From Bacteroidales bacterium (GTDB lineage Bacteria; Bacteroidota; Bacteroidia; Bacteroidales; UBA932): DNA of 45,880 nt. Positions 27,085 to 37,353 of the stretch are shown here, one piece after another. The notes beneath the pieces are model-generated. The model made no database searches. It was given only the letters and a program-made list of their open reading frames with translations, and was not told the DNA's origin. Made by a program: the position numbers and the translations under genes. Numbering within the stretch: the stretch's first letter is position 1; the number at the start of each line of letters is the position of its first letter. The DNA is taken from NCBI GenBank assembly GCA_017618815.1, contig JAFZTP010000093.1, positions 1 to 45,880 of the forward strand. Direction: 5' to 3'.

Positions 27085-28419
27085 CTACATATCGGCGACG
27101 CAGAAAAGGCGAGCGTCGACATCATAACCCTTCAGAGCACCGTTCCTGAGAGAATCGACCTTCTCAAGGAACGGTTCTTTTTTGAACTTGTCCAGAGAGT
27201 ATTCCACGTCGCAGACCATGGCCTTGTTGCCGCGAGGGGCAAAGGCGACGATATCCGCATCAGGGAGGCCGGACTTGTCCTTTTTCGAAGCCCATTCGCC
27301 TCCGAGACGCCTGATGCCGTTCTCTTCGACGAATTTATGCATGAAATAACGCACCAGGACCTGTTTCGCATGGGCGGAAAAGTCTGATAACATATTTGTT
27401 TTAAGGGGTTCTGGACCAGTCGTCAGAAGCAGGGTCTGAAAAGGGGTTATATATTTGAGCCATAGCCAGAGAAACAAATCAGTTATTTCGTATTTTACGA
27501 CGTTCCTGCTCTTGCTTCCGGCAAGTATGGGGCGAGACTTTGCGATAAGCTCGTAATCAGTCTCCAATTTCGCAAGATGGCCGCCCGTAATCGCCCCCGC
27601 AAGCTTCTCCTCAATCTCGGGCTGGGAATCGACACCATTCGCAATCAACTGAAGGATAGAGCGATACATCTCCGAGTTCTTTCCAAGAATCCTGTCAAGC
27701 AGGATCTCTCCCTCCTCGATAAATCCGGCATCCGGGGAGAATAGCCTGTCGATAATCGACTCTTTGGAGCAGAAATTGCCCTCCAGCAAAGAAGAAACGA
27801 GGCGGCAGGAACCGCCGGTGACCATGTACAAAGCTAGGAGATCCTCGTTGGTGCAGCCTGGATAAGCCTCCAGAAGCACCTCTTTCAGCTGCCTGATACC
27901 GAGATTGCCGATATGGATGTCCTGGTCTGGAATCTCATGGAGAGGAGCGTCGTCTTTGGTAAAAATCGCCTCTGCAGCAGCCTGGTTCGCACATATCAGC
28001 ACCAGATTGACATGGCCGGAACGGCGGCTGCGGGTCCATGAGTCCCTTACGTAATCATAAAATCCGGGGTCCTTCTTGCGAAATTCCTGGAAGTTGTCGA
28101 TCACAAGCGAGAAGGTAAACTTCGATCCGAGGTACATGAAATAATCGAAGAGCTTGCGGTAGTCATTGACGGAACGCGAGACAGATTCCCCGGTAGCTTT
28201 ACGTATCTCATCCCTGCATGAAGCCACTATCATGGCCTCCGCACGGGAGCCGGCATCGATGTAGAAAAGAAGGTCATCCCTAAGGGAGCCGACGACCATC
28301 GTAGTTTTGCCGGAAAACCTCGGTCCGGTGACCAAAGTCATCCTTCCAGACTTAGTGCTCGTAAGCCAAAATTGCCGTTTCAGCAGCTTGGATTCGCTAT
28401 CTCTTTCGATTAATTTCAT
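27085..28419 (-). CDS. Archaeal-ATPase-like (ATPase_2/DUF234-type) P-loop protein
   Basis: Walker A GPRFSGKT, Walker B LVIDNFQE, winged-helix-like region, KYEITDLFL. Confidence 0.8.
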   Translation of the reverse strand: MKLIERDSESKLLKRQFWLTSTKSGRMTLVTGPRFSGKTTMVVGSLRDDLLFYIDAGSRAEAMIVASCRDEIRKATGESVSRSVNDYRKLFDYFMYLGSKFTFSLVIDNFQEFRKKDPGFYDYVRDSWTRSRRSGHVNLVLICANQAAAEAIFTKDDAPLHEIPDQDIHIGNLGIRQLKEVLLEAYPGCTNEDLLALYMVTGGSCRLVSSLLEGNFCSKESIIDRLFSPDAGFIEEGEILLDRILGKNSEMYRSILQLIANGVDSQPEIEEKLAGAITGGHLAKLETDYELIAKSRPILAGSKSRNVVKYEITDLFLWLWLKYITPFQTLLLTTGPEPLKTNMLSDFSAHAKQVLVRYFMHKFVEENGIRRLGGEWASKKDKSGLPDADIVAFAPRGNKAMVCDVEYSLDKFKKEPFLEKVDSLRNGALKGYDVDARLFCVADM

Positions 28420-28518
28420 AAGCGTTAATTTAACGAAAATAAACCTACGCCCACAAAATTAGCAAAAAATAGCAGAATTGCTACCGAAACGGCAACTTTA
28501 TTTGCCTATGAAAAGCAA

Positions 28519-30714
28519 TTAATTCGAGAGCACGACCTGCCCGCCGATGGCGTCGATCTTCACGACTGAATTCCTGTGGACGGAACCGTCGAGGATTGCG
28601 GTCGCAAGCTGGTTGACAAGCTCGCGCTGCATGAGTCTCTTGATAGGACGGGCACCGTAGGCCGGGTCATAGCCCTTGTCAGTCATGTAATCCTCGAAAG
28701 CCTTGGTGAAGGATACCTCCACTCCCTCTTCGGAGAGCTTTTCGCGGAGCTGGTCCATCTGAATCTGAAGGATCTCGCGCACATCCGCCCTTGTAAGAGG
28801 GTCGAACATTATGATCTCGTCAATCCTGTTCAGGAATTCAGGCCTGATGTTCTGGCGGAGCACCTCGAGGACCTTGCCCTTGCATTCTTCGAGCATCTGG
28901 CGGCGCCTGGTGATGGCCGAAAGGTCGTCGCTGGCGTTCTGGCCGGCAATATCCGGCAGATTCTCCATGTAGCCCTGGATTATGTCCGAACCGGCATTCG
29001 AAGTCATGATCAGAATCGTGTTCTTGAAATCCACCGTGCGGCCCTTGTTGTCGGTCAGACGACCGTCGTCAAGAACCTGCAGCAGGGTGTTGAACACATC
29101 CGGATGGGCCTTTTCGATCTCGTCGAGAAGGACCACTGAATATGGTTTCCTGCGTACGGCTTCGGTCAGCTGGCCGCCCTCGTCGTATCCGACATATCCC
29201 GGAGGGGCGCCGATAAGACGGCTGACAGTATGTCTTTCCTGGTACTCGCTCATATCGATACGGGTGATCATGTTCTCGTCGTTGAACAGGAACTCGGCCA
29301 GAGCCTTTGCAAGCTCGGTCTTACCTACGCCGGTAGTACCCATGAACAGGAAGGAACCGATAGGACGCTTCTCGTTTGAAAGTCCGGCGCGGCTACGCCT
29401 TACGGCATCTGCGACAGCCTGGATGGCCGAATCCTGGCCGACAACCCTCTTGTGGAGGGCGTCCTCCATGCGCAGAAGCTTCTCCTTCTCGCTTTCGAGC
29501 ATCCTCTTGACAGGGATGCCGGTCCACTTGGCGACAACCTCGGCGATATCCTCAGGGGTGACGGCCTCTGTGATGATCGGATCCTTGATGTCCGCCTGCT
29601 TTTTGGTGAGTTCATCGATTTTCTTCTGGATCTCAGCCATGCGGCCGTATCTCAGCTCGGCGACCTTGCCATAGTCTCCGGCCCTTTCTGCAGCCTGGGC
29701 CTGCAGCTTGAAGTCCTCGAGATTCTGGCGGGCGGTCTGGAGGTCTGAGAGTATGCCTTTCTCGTCATTCCACTTCTTCATCAGCTCTTCCCTGGAAGCC
29801 GTGAGCTCCTTGAGCTGGCCTTCGATTTTCTCCAGCTTGAGGGAAACGCCCTCGCGCTTGATCGCCTCCTTCTCTATCTCCAGCTGGCGGATCTTGCTGT
29901 TCAGGTCGTCAATCGGCTCAGGGACCGAATTCATCTCCAGACGAAGCTTTGATGCAGCCTCGTCTATGAGGTCGATGGCCTTGTCCGGGAGGAAACGGTT
30001 GGTGATGTAGCGGTGCGACAGGTTGACGGCGGCGATCAGGGCGTCGTCCTCGATGCGGACGCGGTGGTGGTTCTCGTATTTCTCCTTGAGGCCGCGCAGT
30101 ATGGAAATGGACTCGGCCGGAGAAGGCTCGTCGACCATGACCATCTGGAACCTCCTTTCGAGGGCCTTGTCGGCCTCGAAATACTTCTGGTACTCGTCCA
30201 GGGTGGTGGAACCTATGGTCCTGAGCTCGCCCCTTGCAAGAGCAGGCTTGAGGATGTTTGACGCATCCATGGCTCCGGAGGTCTTGCCGGCGCCTACGAG
30301 TGTATGTATCTCATCGATGAAAAGGATTATCTTGCCCTCGCTGCCGACGACTTCGCCGACGACGCCTTTCAGACGTTCCTCGAACTCTCCCTGATATTTC
30401 GCGCCCGCGATGAGCGCGCCCATGTCGAGAGAATATACGAGCTTGTCCTTGAGGTTCTCAGGGACGTTTCCATTGATGATTTTCTGGGCTATACCTTCGG
30501 AGATGGCTGTCTTGCCGACTCCAGGCTCACCCACGAGTATAGGGTTGTTCTTTGTTCTCCTGCTGAGAATCTGGAGCACCCTTCGGATCTCATCGTCCCT
30601 GCCGATGACAGGGTCGAGCTTGCCGGACGCCGCCAGCTCATTGAGGTTGGTGGCGAATTTCGGCAGAAATTGCAGATTGCTGCCTGAAGCAGCGCTTCCA
30701 TTGTTGTAGTTCAT
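28519..30714 (-). CDS. clpB: ClpB chaperone lacking the Clp N-terminal domain
   Basis: [15 protein letters not shown] starts about 30 aa in; two Walker A motifs; coiled-coil M domain (AELRYG); GAPPGYVGY; YGARPIKR. Confidence 0.93.
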   Translation of the reverse strand: MNYNNGSAASGSNLQFLPKFATNLNELAASGKLDPVIGRDDEIRRVLQILSRRTKNNPILVGEPGVGKTAISEGIAQKIINGNVPENLKDKLVYSLDMGALIAGAKYQGEFEERLKGVVGEVVGSEGKIILFIDEIHTLVGAGKTSGAMDASNILKPALARGELRTIGSTTLDEYQKYFEADKALERRFQMVMVDEPSPAESISILRGLKEKYENHHRVRIEDDALIAAVNLSHRYITNRFLPDKAIDLIDEAASKLRLEMNSVPEPIDDLNSKIRQLEIEKEAIKREGVSLKLEKIEGQLKELTASREELMKKWNDEKGILSDLQTARQNLEDFKLQAQAAERAGDYGKVAELRYGRMAEIQKKIDELTKKQADIKDPIITEAVTPEDIAEVVAKWTGIPVKRMLESEKEKLLRMEDALHKRVVGQDSAIQAVADAVRRSRAGLSNEKRPIGSFLFMGTTGVGKTELAKALAEFLFNDENMITRIDMSEYQERHTVSRLIGAPPGYVGYDEGGQLTEAVRRKPYSVVLLDEIEKAHPDVFNTLLQVLDDGRLTDNKGRTVDFKNTILIMTSNAGSDIIQGYMENLPDIAGQNASDDLSAITRRRQMLEECKGKVLEVLRQNIRPEFLNRIDEIIMFDPLTRADVREILQIQMDQLREKLSEEGVEVSFTKAFEDYMTDKGYDPAYGARPIKRLMQRELVNQLATAILDGSVHRNSVVKIDAIGGQVVLSN

Positions 30715-30814
30715 ATTCTATCTCCTTTTTCAGCTTATGGCAGATATAAGCATCAATAGCCGTCTGCTCATAAGAACAAACGGCTATGGTCAAATTATAT
30801 TCCAATCGCTTCCG

Positions 30815-30833
30815 GACTGACAATCTGTCAGTC
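30815..30833. promoter_or_regulatory. Palindrome between secG and clpB (operator or hairpin)
   Basis: GACTGACA-ATC-TGTCAGTC perfect 8-bp arms, no following T tract. Confidence 0.5.
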
Positions 30834-30843
30834 GAAGGAGATA

Positions 30844-31191
30844 TTACTCGGCAGTCTCGGCCTCAGTTGCAGGAGCCTCCTGGGCTACAGGAGCTGAAGG
30901 GAATGCTGGCTGCTCGGTCACATTCTCCACCTGGTCGGTAACGTCGATGGTGGCACCGTTGGAACCGAGAGTGAAGGAAGTGATGATAGAGACAACGAGG
31001 ATGAAGGTTACGAGATACCAGGTAGCCTTCTCGAGCTCATTGGCGGCCTGCCTTACGCCAAGCACGTTGTTGGCTGCGACGAAGTTGCTGGCCATACCCT
31101 CTCCCTTTCCATTCTGAAGCAATACCACTACCACCAGAAGAAATGCGGCGATAACAATAAGAACTGTCAGAGTAACAAATAACCAATTCAT
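30844..31191 (-). CDS. secG: Preprotein translocase subunit SecG
   Basis: VLLQNGKGEG, LEKATW, two TM helices; conserved context. Confidence 0.93.
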   Translation of the reverse strand: MNWLFVTLTVLIVIAAFLLVVVVLLQNGKGEGMASNFVAANNVLGVRQAANELEKATWYLVTFILVVSIITSFTLGSNGATIDVTDQVENVTEQPAFPSAPVAQEAPATEAETAE

Positions 31192-31210
31192 ATCTAACTA
31201 ATGTATAATT

Positions 31211-31801
31211 TTATGATTCCTGTCCTATTTTTTCAATAAGGGCTGCAAAGTAAGCATTTTTTTCCGGATTTTTCAAGAGAAGTCTTGAATAAATGCGTTT
31301 TGCCTGATCGTAATAGCCCTGCTCTGCATAGATCTGGGCGAGCGTCTCCGTGCAGAAATCATCGTCAGGCATGGACATGTCGCCATCCTCTCCGGATTCC
31401 ATCTTCGACTGGAAAGCGAAACGGGAGAACACGTTGTCGTCCTCCTTGCGCACCGTGTCGTACTGGGACTGGGTAAAATAATCGCCTCCGACGACATGTA
31501 CGGACCTCTCATATCCGGAAGTCGGCTTCTCGTCAGAGATATATGAATGCAGGAGCGTGGACAAATCCTTGTCCGAATAATCCCCGGCCTTGTCGCGGAC
31601 AATCTCTGCAATGACCTTGCGGTCTCCCAGGTACATTGCCGCATCGGCATACTGCTCGCGGCCCCAGGCATTTCCGCCCAGCTTGGCCATGCGGACGCAC
31701 AGCTCGCGCCTGGCGGCTCCGTACCACGGGTACAGGTTGACCACACCGGCGAGTTCATCCATCGTCAGAGTCTTGAGGTTGATATATCCGCTTCTGTCCA
31801 T
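31211..31801 (-). CDS. Conserved Bacteroidetes protein with C-terminal TPR motif
   Basis: TETLAQIYAEQGYY..A..IY..L.LKNPEK..YFA; located between lptE and secG. Confidence 0.85.
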   Translation of the reverse strand: MDRSGYINLKTLTMDELAGVVNLYPWYGAARRELCVRMAKLGGNAWGREQYADAAMYLGDRKVIAEIVRDKAGDYSDKDLSTLLHSYISDEKPTSGYERSVHVVGGDYFTQSQYDTVRKEDDNVFSRFAFQSKMESGEDGDMSMPDDDFCTETLAQIYAEQGYYDQAKRIYSRLLLKNPEKNAYFAALIEKIGQES

Positions 31802-31804
31802 ATA

Positions 31805-32314
31805 TTACCAGTTTGCTACAGTCGCATTCATTATGTCGTTGACGATTGTCTCGACGATGGTCTTGCAAAGCTCATCCTGGACCGATTCCAGGGCAAGGGA
31901 CGCATCGTAATCGCCGAACGCCGAGAAAGACTTCTCGAAATCCTCCTCAGGATATTTCCTGTTGGTGAACTTGATCTTGACCGTAACGGTAAGGCGCATC
32001 TTTTCGGCAATCTCCCTGGCAGTCACCGCCGTCGGCCTGTACTCATATCCGGTCACCGCGCCTTCGATCTCCAGGTCTCCGTCCTCTTCCACCTGCTCGA
32101 GCTTGGTCATCCTGCGGTACTGGCTCTTCAGCTCCTCCGTGAGCGACGTGCTCAGAGACGGGTTCACCTTGACGGCCTTGTACTCGAAGTAGTTGATGGT
32201 CACAGTCTTGATGTCAGGCTGTATGGACGTTCCTGTGAACGAGTATATTCCGCAGGCAGAAACTGCCAGCGCGAGGGCCGCAAGGACCATTATCTTCATA
32301 ACTAAACTTTTCAT
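31805..32314 (-). CDS. lptE: LptE family LPS assembly lipoprotein
   Basis: Lipobox VSAC, YSFTGTSI, terminal ATVANW. Confidence 0.88.
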   Translation of the reverse strand: MKSLVMKIMVLAALALAVSACGIYSFTGTSIQPDIKTVTINYFEYKAVKVNPSLSTSLTEELKSQYRRMTKLEQVEEDGDLEIEGAVTGYEYRPTAVTAREIAEKMRLTVTVKIKFTNRKYPEEDFEKSFSAFGDYDASLALESVQDELCKTIVETIVNDIMNATVANW

Positions 32315-33564
32315 TTCTGTTGTCTGGAGCTCCTGTACTCCGGTGGCAGTTTCCTGTACAAAGTACGTTCCGAAATACCCAGTTCCTCGGCTGCTTTCTT
32401 CCTGTTGCCGTTATGCTTCTCGAGCGCCTTGCGGATAAGGTCCTCATTGGCATCCTGGATCGAGAAGTTTTCCGTATGCTCGGTACGGTACTCGACGTCA
32501 TGGACGATCTTGGCCGGCTCGTGGAAATCGTCCTGGATATCGACCATGTCTTCCTCGTCCTGCGGATGCGGATGATGGGCGATCACTGTCTGGGCAGGCT
32601 CTCCGGCATGGCCGGCTTCGACCAGCCCGCGGAGTCTCGCCACTTCCGCATTGAGGGCATAGAGGGCCTTGTATATCTCCTGCTTGTCCTCGTCGCTCAT
32701 GCGGCCTCCTGACGGAGCGCCTCCGACTGTCGCCGGGAGCATGTTCTCGTCGTCCTTAGGAATGTAGCGGGAGAGGGTTTCGGCATTGACTTCGCATCTT
32801 CCGGTAGCCGGGGACACGTTGCCCGATTCGAGGGCGGAAACTGTCTCTGCGATATTCTTGAGCTGGCGGATGTTTCCCGGCCAGCGGTAATTCAGTATGA
32901 GGCGGATCGCATCTCCTGCGAGATTCACCTTTGCGGTCCCGTATTTCTCGGAGAAATCCGCACAGAATTTCCTGAAAAGGAGGTATATGTCGTCTCCGCG
33001 GTCGCGGAGCGCAGGCATCGTGATCTGGACGGCGTTCAGCCTGTAGTAGAGGTCGGCGCGGAACCGGCCCTGGGCCACGGCGTAGCGAAGGTCCACATTT
33101 GATGCGGCTATTACACGGACATCGGTCTTGTCAACCCTTGAAGAACCCACGCGGGTATATTCTCCGGACTGCAGCACCCTGAGAAGCTTGGCCTGGTATG
33201 GCAGCGGAAGCTCTCCGACCTCGTCGAGGAACAGAGTGCCGCCGTTGGCCTCTTCGAAATAGCCCTTGCGGGACTCTATGGCCCCGGTGTAGGCGCCTTT
33301 CTCATGGCCGAAAAGCTCTGATTCTATGGTTCCCTCAGGAATGGCTCCGCAGTTTACCGCGAAGTATTTGCCGTTGCGGCGGAGACTGTTCTGGTGGATG
33401 ATCTTCGGAATGTTCTCCTTACCGACGCCGCTCTCGCCCGACACCAGGACCGTGAGGTCCGTCGGGGCTACTGCGACAGCCATCTCAAGGGCCCTGTTGA
33501 GCTCAGGGTCATTTCCGATGATGTCGAATTTATTCTTCAGTCTCTGTAAATCCTGTTTGTCCAT
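32311..33564 (-). CDS. Sigma-54 interacting Fis-family transcriptional regulator (no receiver domain)
   Basis: GESGVGKE, ESELFGHEKGAYTGA, LFLDEVGE, WPGNIRQL, C-terminal HTH. Confidence 0.95.
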   Translation of the reverse strand: MDKQDLQRLKNKFDIIGNDPELNRALEMAVAVAPTDLTVLVSGESGVGKENIPKIIHQNSLRRNGKYFAVNCGAIPEGTIESELFGHEKGAYTGAIESRKGYFEEANGGTLFLDEVGELPLPYQAKLLRVLQSGEYTRVGSSRVDKTDVRVIAASNVDLRYAVAQGRFRADLYYRLNAVQITMPALRDRGDDIYLLFRKFCADFSEKYGTAKVNLAGDAIRLILNYRWPGNIRQLKNIAETVSALESGNVSPATGRCEVNAETLSRYIPKDDENMLPATVGGAPSGGRMSDEDKQEIYKALYALNAEVARLRGLVEAGHAGEPAQTVIAHHPHPQDEEDMVDIQDDFHEPAKIVHDVEYRTEHTENFSIQDANEDLIRKALEKHNGNRKKAAEELGISERTLYRKLPPEYRSSRQQK

Positions 33565-33688
33565 ATAAATGCAAAGTTAGCAAAAACTGGATTAGTTTCA
33601 CCTTTCTCCATTAACTTTTGGTCCGGTTCTTGAAATAAAGTCAAACTTTAGTATCTTTGTTGAATTCAATTAAAATCTTTAGATGAAC

Positions 33689-35332
33689 ATGAAAAAAGGA
33701 ATGAAACTAATTGCTGCAGCCCTTATGGGAATAGCTGCAGTAGGATGTTCTTCAGTGGACAAGATGGCCAAGATGGCCGAGAATGTGAAGGTGACCTGCG
33801 ATCCCGAGGTCCTCGAAGTAGTGGCAGGCAACATTGATGCTGATATCACCGTTACCTACCCGGCAAAGTATTTCCACCCGAAGGCGATCCTTGAAGTCAC
33901 TCCGGTACTCGTATATGATGGTGGCGAGGCTGCCATGAAACCATTCGTTTATCAGGGCGAAAAAGTAAAAGACAACTATAAGACCGTATCTTCAGCCGGT
34001 CAGACAGTAAGAGAAAAGGTTCACTTCGACTATGTTGAAGGCATGGAGCAGGCTACTCTCGAGCTCCGCGGCGTAGTGCGCTACAAATCAAAATCTGTCA
34101 GCCTCCCTTCAAAGAAGGTTGCCGACGGCTGCTACACTACCTACATGCTCGCTGACAACACCGGTTACTTCAACTACAGGGAAGACAACTACCAGGAAAT
34201 CATCAAGCAGACCGAGGAAGGTCAGATTCTCTATAAGATCAACTCGTCAGACGTTGCTGGCAAGGAGCTCAAGAACAAGTCTATCAAGGACTTCCAGGCA
34301 GCTCTCGACGCTATCGCAGCTGATGCCAGAAGAAATATCACCAGCACAGAGGTCGTAGCTTACGCTTCTCCTGACGGCGGTGAGAAACTCAATACCAAGC
34401 TTTCTGACAAGCGTTCTAAATCCGCTGACAAGGCTTGGGACAAGGTGATGAAGGGCAAGAATGTCGCTGACCCTGAGCTCAAGAGCGTAGGTCAGGACTG
34501 GGAAGGCTTCCAGTCTCTCGTTGCCAACTCCAACCTCGAGGACAAAGACCTCATCCTCCGCGTCCTCTCCATGTACAGCGATCCTGCAGTCCGCGAGAAC
34601 GAGATCAAGAACATGTCCGAGGTATACACATCCCTCAAGACCACCGTTCTTCCTGAGCTCCGCCGCGCAAGGTTCATCGCCAACGTAGAGTATCAGAACT
34701 ACACCAGCGAAGAGCTTCTCACTCTCGTTGACGAGAACATCGACGTCCTTGACGAAGAGGCTCTCCTCCGTGCAGCCACTCTCGTAAGGGACAATGACAA
34801 GAAGGTAAGCCTCTACAAGAAGGCTGTCGCAAAATATGGCAGCGACCGCGCCCAGTTCAACCTCGGCGTAGCTTACCTCGCAGCAGGCAAGGTTTCCGAG
34901 GCTGAGAAGGCTCTCGCCCTCGTCAAGGAGACCGGCGCCGACTATGACAACATCCTCGGCGTGATTGCAATGAGGAAAGGCAACTACGAAGAGGCCGTAA
35001 GGCTCTTCAACAAGGCCGGGAACGAGGCTGCAAAGGCCAACCGCGGCGTTGCCGAGATGTTCACAGGCAACTATGCAGCTGCTGCCGCAGACCTCCGCGA
35101 CTTCAAGGGATGCTGCTACAACAAGACCCTCGCCCTCATCCTCAACGATGAGCTCGACGCAGCTGAGGCAGGCATCAAGTGCAAGGACATCCGCCTCAAC
35201 TACCTCCGTGCCATCATCGCTGCCCGCAAGGGTAACGCAGAAGGCGTAGCCGAGTACCTCGGCAAGCTTGCGAACGTAAAGGATCTTGCAGCACGCGCTG
35301 AGAAAGACATCGAGTTCGCACAGTACAGATAA
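33689..35332 (+). CDS. Conserved Bacteroidales lipoprotein with OmpA-like segment and TPR repeats
   Basis: Lipobox AVGC; AYASPDG..LN..LS..R; LPELRRA; TPR-like C-terminus; several possible starts (33683-33701). Confidence 0.82.
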   Translation: MKKGMKLIAAALMGIAAVGCSSVDKMAKMAENVKVTCDPEVLEVVAGNIDADITVTYPAKYFHPKAILEVTPVLVYDGGEAAMKPFVYQGEKVKDNYKTVSSAGQTVREKVHFDYVEGMEQATLELRGVVRYKSKSVSLPSKKVADGCYTTYMLADNTGYFNYREDNYQEIIKQTEEGQILYKINSSDVAGKELKNKSIKDFQAALDAIAADARRNITSTEVVAYASPDGGEKLNTKLSDKRSKSADKAWDKVMKGKNVADPELKSVGQDWEGFQSLVANSNLEDKDLILRVLSMYSDPAVRENEIKNMSEVYTSLKTTVLPELRRARFIANVEYQNYTSEELLTLVDENIDVLDEEALLRAATLVRDNDKKVSLYKKAVAKYGSDRAQFNLGVAYLAAGKVSEAEKALALVKETGADYDNILGVIAMRKGNYEEAVRLFNKAGNEAAKANRGVAEMFTGNYAAAAADLRDFKGCCYNKTLALILNDELDAAEAGIKCKDIRLNYLRAIIAARKGNAEGVAEYLGKLANVKDLAARAEKDIEFAQYR

Positions 35333-35357
35333 TATCCTTACAGGAAATAAAGATACC

Positions 35358-35386
35358 AGCCGGCTCTGTAACCAGGGCCGGCTTTT
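35358..35386 (+). terminator. Intrinsic terminator
   Basis: AGCCGGCTCTG-TAAC-CAGGGCCGGCT followed by T run. Confidence 0.7.
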
Positions 35387-35398
35387 GAATGAATCAGT

Positions 35399-37324
35399 AT
35401 GAAAAGACAATTATTGTTGGTTATATTTTTTGTTTATGTCTTTTCACCTCTGTCCGCCATGGGAACGGTCAGGACAATTGATCCGGAAACGGACAGGGAC
35501 TCATTGGAAAGCGTGACCGTGACCGGCACCAGAGTCGCAATGAGCCTGAACAAGAGCGCCAGGATCGTGACCATACTGGACAGCGTCTCCATCGCCTCGG
35601 CTCCCGCAGACAACGTCAATGACATATTGAAATACGCCCTCGGCGTGGACGTACGCCAGCGCGGGGCCATGGGCATGCAGACGGATATAAGCGTACGCGG
35701 AGGCACGTTCGACCAGATCGCGGTGCTGCTCAACGGAATCAATATCAGCGACCCGCAGACCGGGCACAACGCCGCCGATTTCCCGGTCAACATGACCGAC
35801 ATCGAGAGAATCGAGATTCTCGAGGGACCGGCCGCCAGAGTCTATGGGACATCATCCCTGGTCGGCGCAGTCAATGTCGTGACACGCCAGCCATCAGCCA
35901 CCGGAGCGACGGTCAGGCTCGAAGGAGGAGACATGGGGACCGCATCGGCAAGCGTCGCAGGCGCCCTGGTCTCAGGCAAGATGAGCCATACGCTCTCGGC
36001 AGGCTACCAGCGCTCGGACGGCTTCAACCGCAATTCGGAAGGCGGCCTCAACAACGACTTCAGCACCGCAAAGCTGTTCTACAGGGGCAGCGCCGATTTC
36101 GGCAAGCGCGGGCTTGACGTCCAGGCCGGACTGAGCGTCAAGGATTTCGGCTCCAGCACATTCTACAGCTCCAAGTTCGACGACCAGTTCGAGCATACGT
36201 TCAAGACCTTCGCCGCCGTCAGATCGGCAGGCAAAGGCTTCCTGCACCTTACTCCGTCGGCCTACTGGAACCGCAGCGAAGACCGGTTCGAACTGTTCCG
36301 CAATGCTCCGGAGAAATATCCATTCAACTACCACGTCACCAACGTCGCAGGCTTCGGACTGTCGGCCGAAATCGACACGAAGCTCGGCCGCACCAGCTTC
36401 GGCGGGGAAATCCGCCACGAGGGCATCCGCAGCACCAATCTCGGAGAGCCGCTCGACAAGCCGCACGGGCACTACGTGGTCGGACTCGACAGGACTGCCT
36501 ACAACCTGTTCCTGGAACATAACATAATACTCCGCCGCCTGACTCTCTCCGGAGGGTTCGGAGCCGTCAAGAACACCGGCAACGACGAGGCCATGAAGCT
36601 CTATCCGGGCTTCGACGCCAGCTACAGGATCGGAGGCTCATGGAAACTCTATGCTTCGTTCAACACATCGTTCAGGATGCCTACGTTCACCGACCTCTAT
36701 TACTCGGTCGGCGGTCACCAGGCGGACAAGAACCTGCGCGCAGAGAAGATGCAGGCATACGAGGGCGGAGTAAAATACCTCAGCAACGGCTTCACAGCCA
36801 TACTCAGCGTCTATTACCACAGGGGCCATGACCTTATCGACTGGATCAAGGACAAGACCCTCGGAGAGGATGCTCCATGGATGTCAGTCAACCACACGGT
36901 ACTGAACACTCTCGGAGAGGAGCTCACCCTCCGCTGGGACTTCCCTGCGATCACCGGAAACAAGGATTTCTTCATAAGGACCATCAACCTGGGATACAGC
37001 CACATCTCACAGTCAAAAGAACTTGAGGACCGCTACATGTCAGGTTATTCCATGGAATACCTCCGCCACAAGGCCATCGCCCAGGCAGACTTCCGCATCG
37101 CCGAAAACCTCAGCCTGAATGTGTCCGGACGCTATGTGGACAGAGTCAGCGACTCCGACAAGATCAGCCCGTACACCCTGGTGGACGCCAAGCTGAAATG
37201 GGACCGGCCTTCATGGTCGGCCTACCTCAAGGTCAACAACCTCCTCGACACCGAGTATTATGACTTCGGAGCCATCCCGCAGCCGGGCATATGGCTCCTC
37301 GCCGGCCTCTCCATAACCCTCTGA
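35399..37324 (+). CDS. TonB-dependent receptor (BtuB-like size), substrate unknown
   Basis: TonB box VTVTG; plug motif IERIEILEGPAARVYG...GAVNVVT; FRMPTFTDLYY; NNLLD. Confidence 0.92.
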   Translation: MKRQLLLVIFFVYVFSPLSAMGTVRTIDPETDRDSLESVTVTGTRVAMSLNKSARIVTILDSVSIASAPADNVNDILKYALGVDVRQRGAMGMQTDISVRGGTFDQIAVLLNGINISDPQTGHNAADFPVNMTDIERIEILEGPAARVYGTSSLVGAVNVVTRQPSATGATVRLEGGDMGTASASVAGALVSGKMSHTLSAGYQRSDGFNRNSEGGLNNDFSTAKLFYRGSADFGKRGLDVQAGLSVKDFGSSTFYSSKFDDQFEHTFKTFAAVRSAGKGFLHLTPSAYWNRSEDRFELFRNAPEKYPFNYHVTNVAGFGLSAEIDTKLGRTSFGGEIRHEGIRSTNLGEPLDKPHGHYVVGLDRTAYNLFLEHNIILRRLTLSGGFGAVKNTGNDEAMKLYPGFDASYRIGGSWKLYASFNTSFRMPTFTDLYYSVGGHQADKNLRAEKMQAYEGGVKYLSNGFTAILSVYYHRGHDLIDWIKDKTLGEDAPWMSVNHTVLNTLGEELTLRWDFPAITGNKDFFIRTINLGYSHISQSKELEDRYMSGYSMEYLRHKAIAQADFRIAENLSLNVSGRYVDRVSDSDKISPYTLVDAKLKWDRPSWSAYLKVNNLLDTEYYDFGAIPQPGIWLLAGLSITL

Positions 37325-37353
37325 TTATTCGGAGTAAAAAAGAACGAAAACAC

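Noticed and set aside
30770-30800. Sigma-54 promoter for clpB (minus strand TGACCATAGCCGTTTG)
   Set aside because: Does not fit GG-N10-GC
35333-35398. Cobalamin riboswitch ahead of the BtuB-like receptor
   Set aside because: Gap is only 66 bp and holds a simple terminator; no B12 box, so btuB was not assigned
34247-35410. Long antisense ORFs (also 7794-8585, 13378-14184, 24434-25243, 31547-32305, 40972-41991)
   Set aside because: Shadows of well-supported genes with strong third-position C/G bias; no motifs of their own
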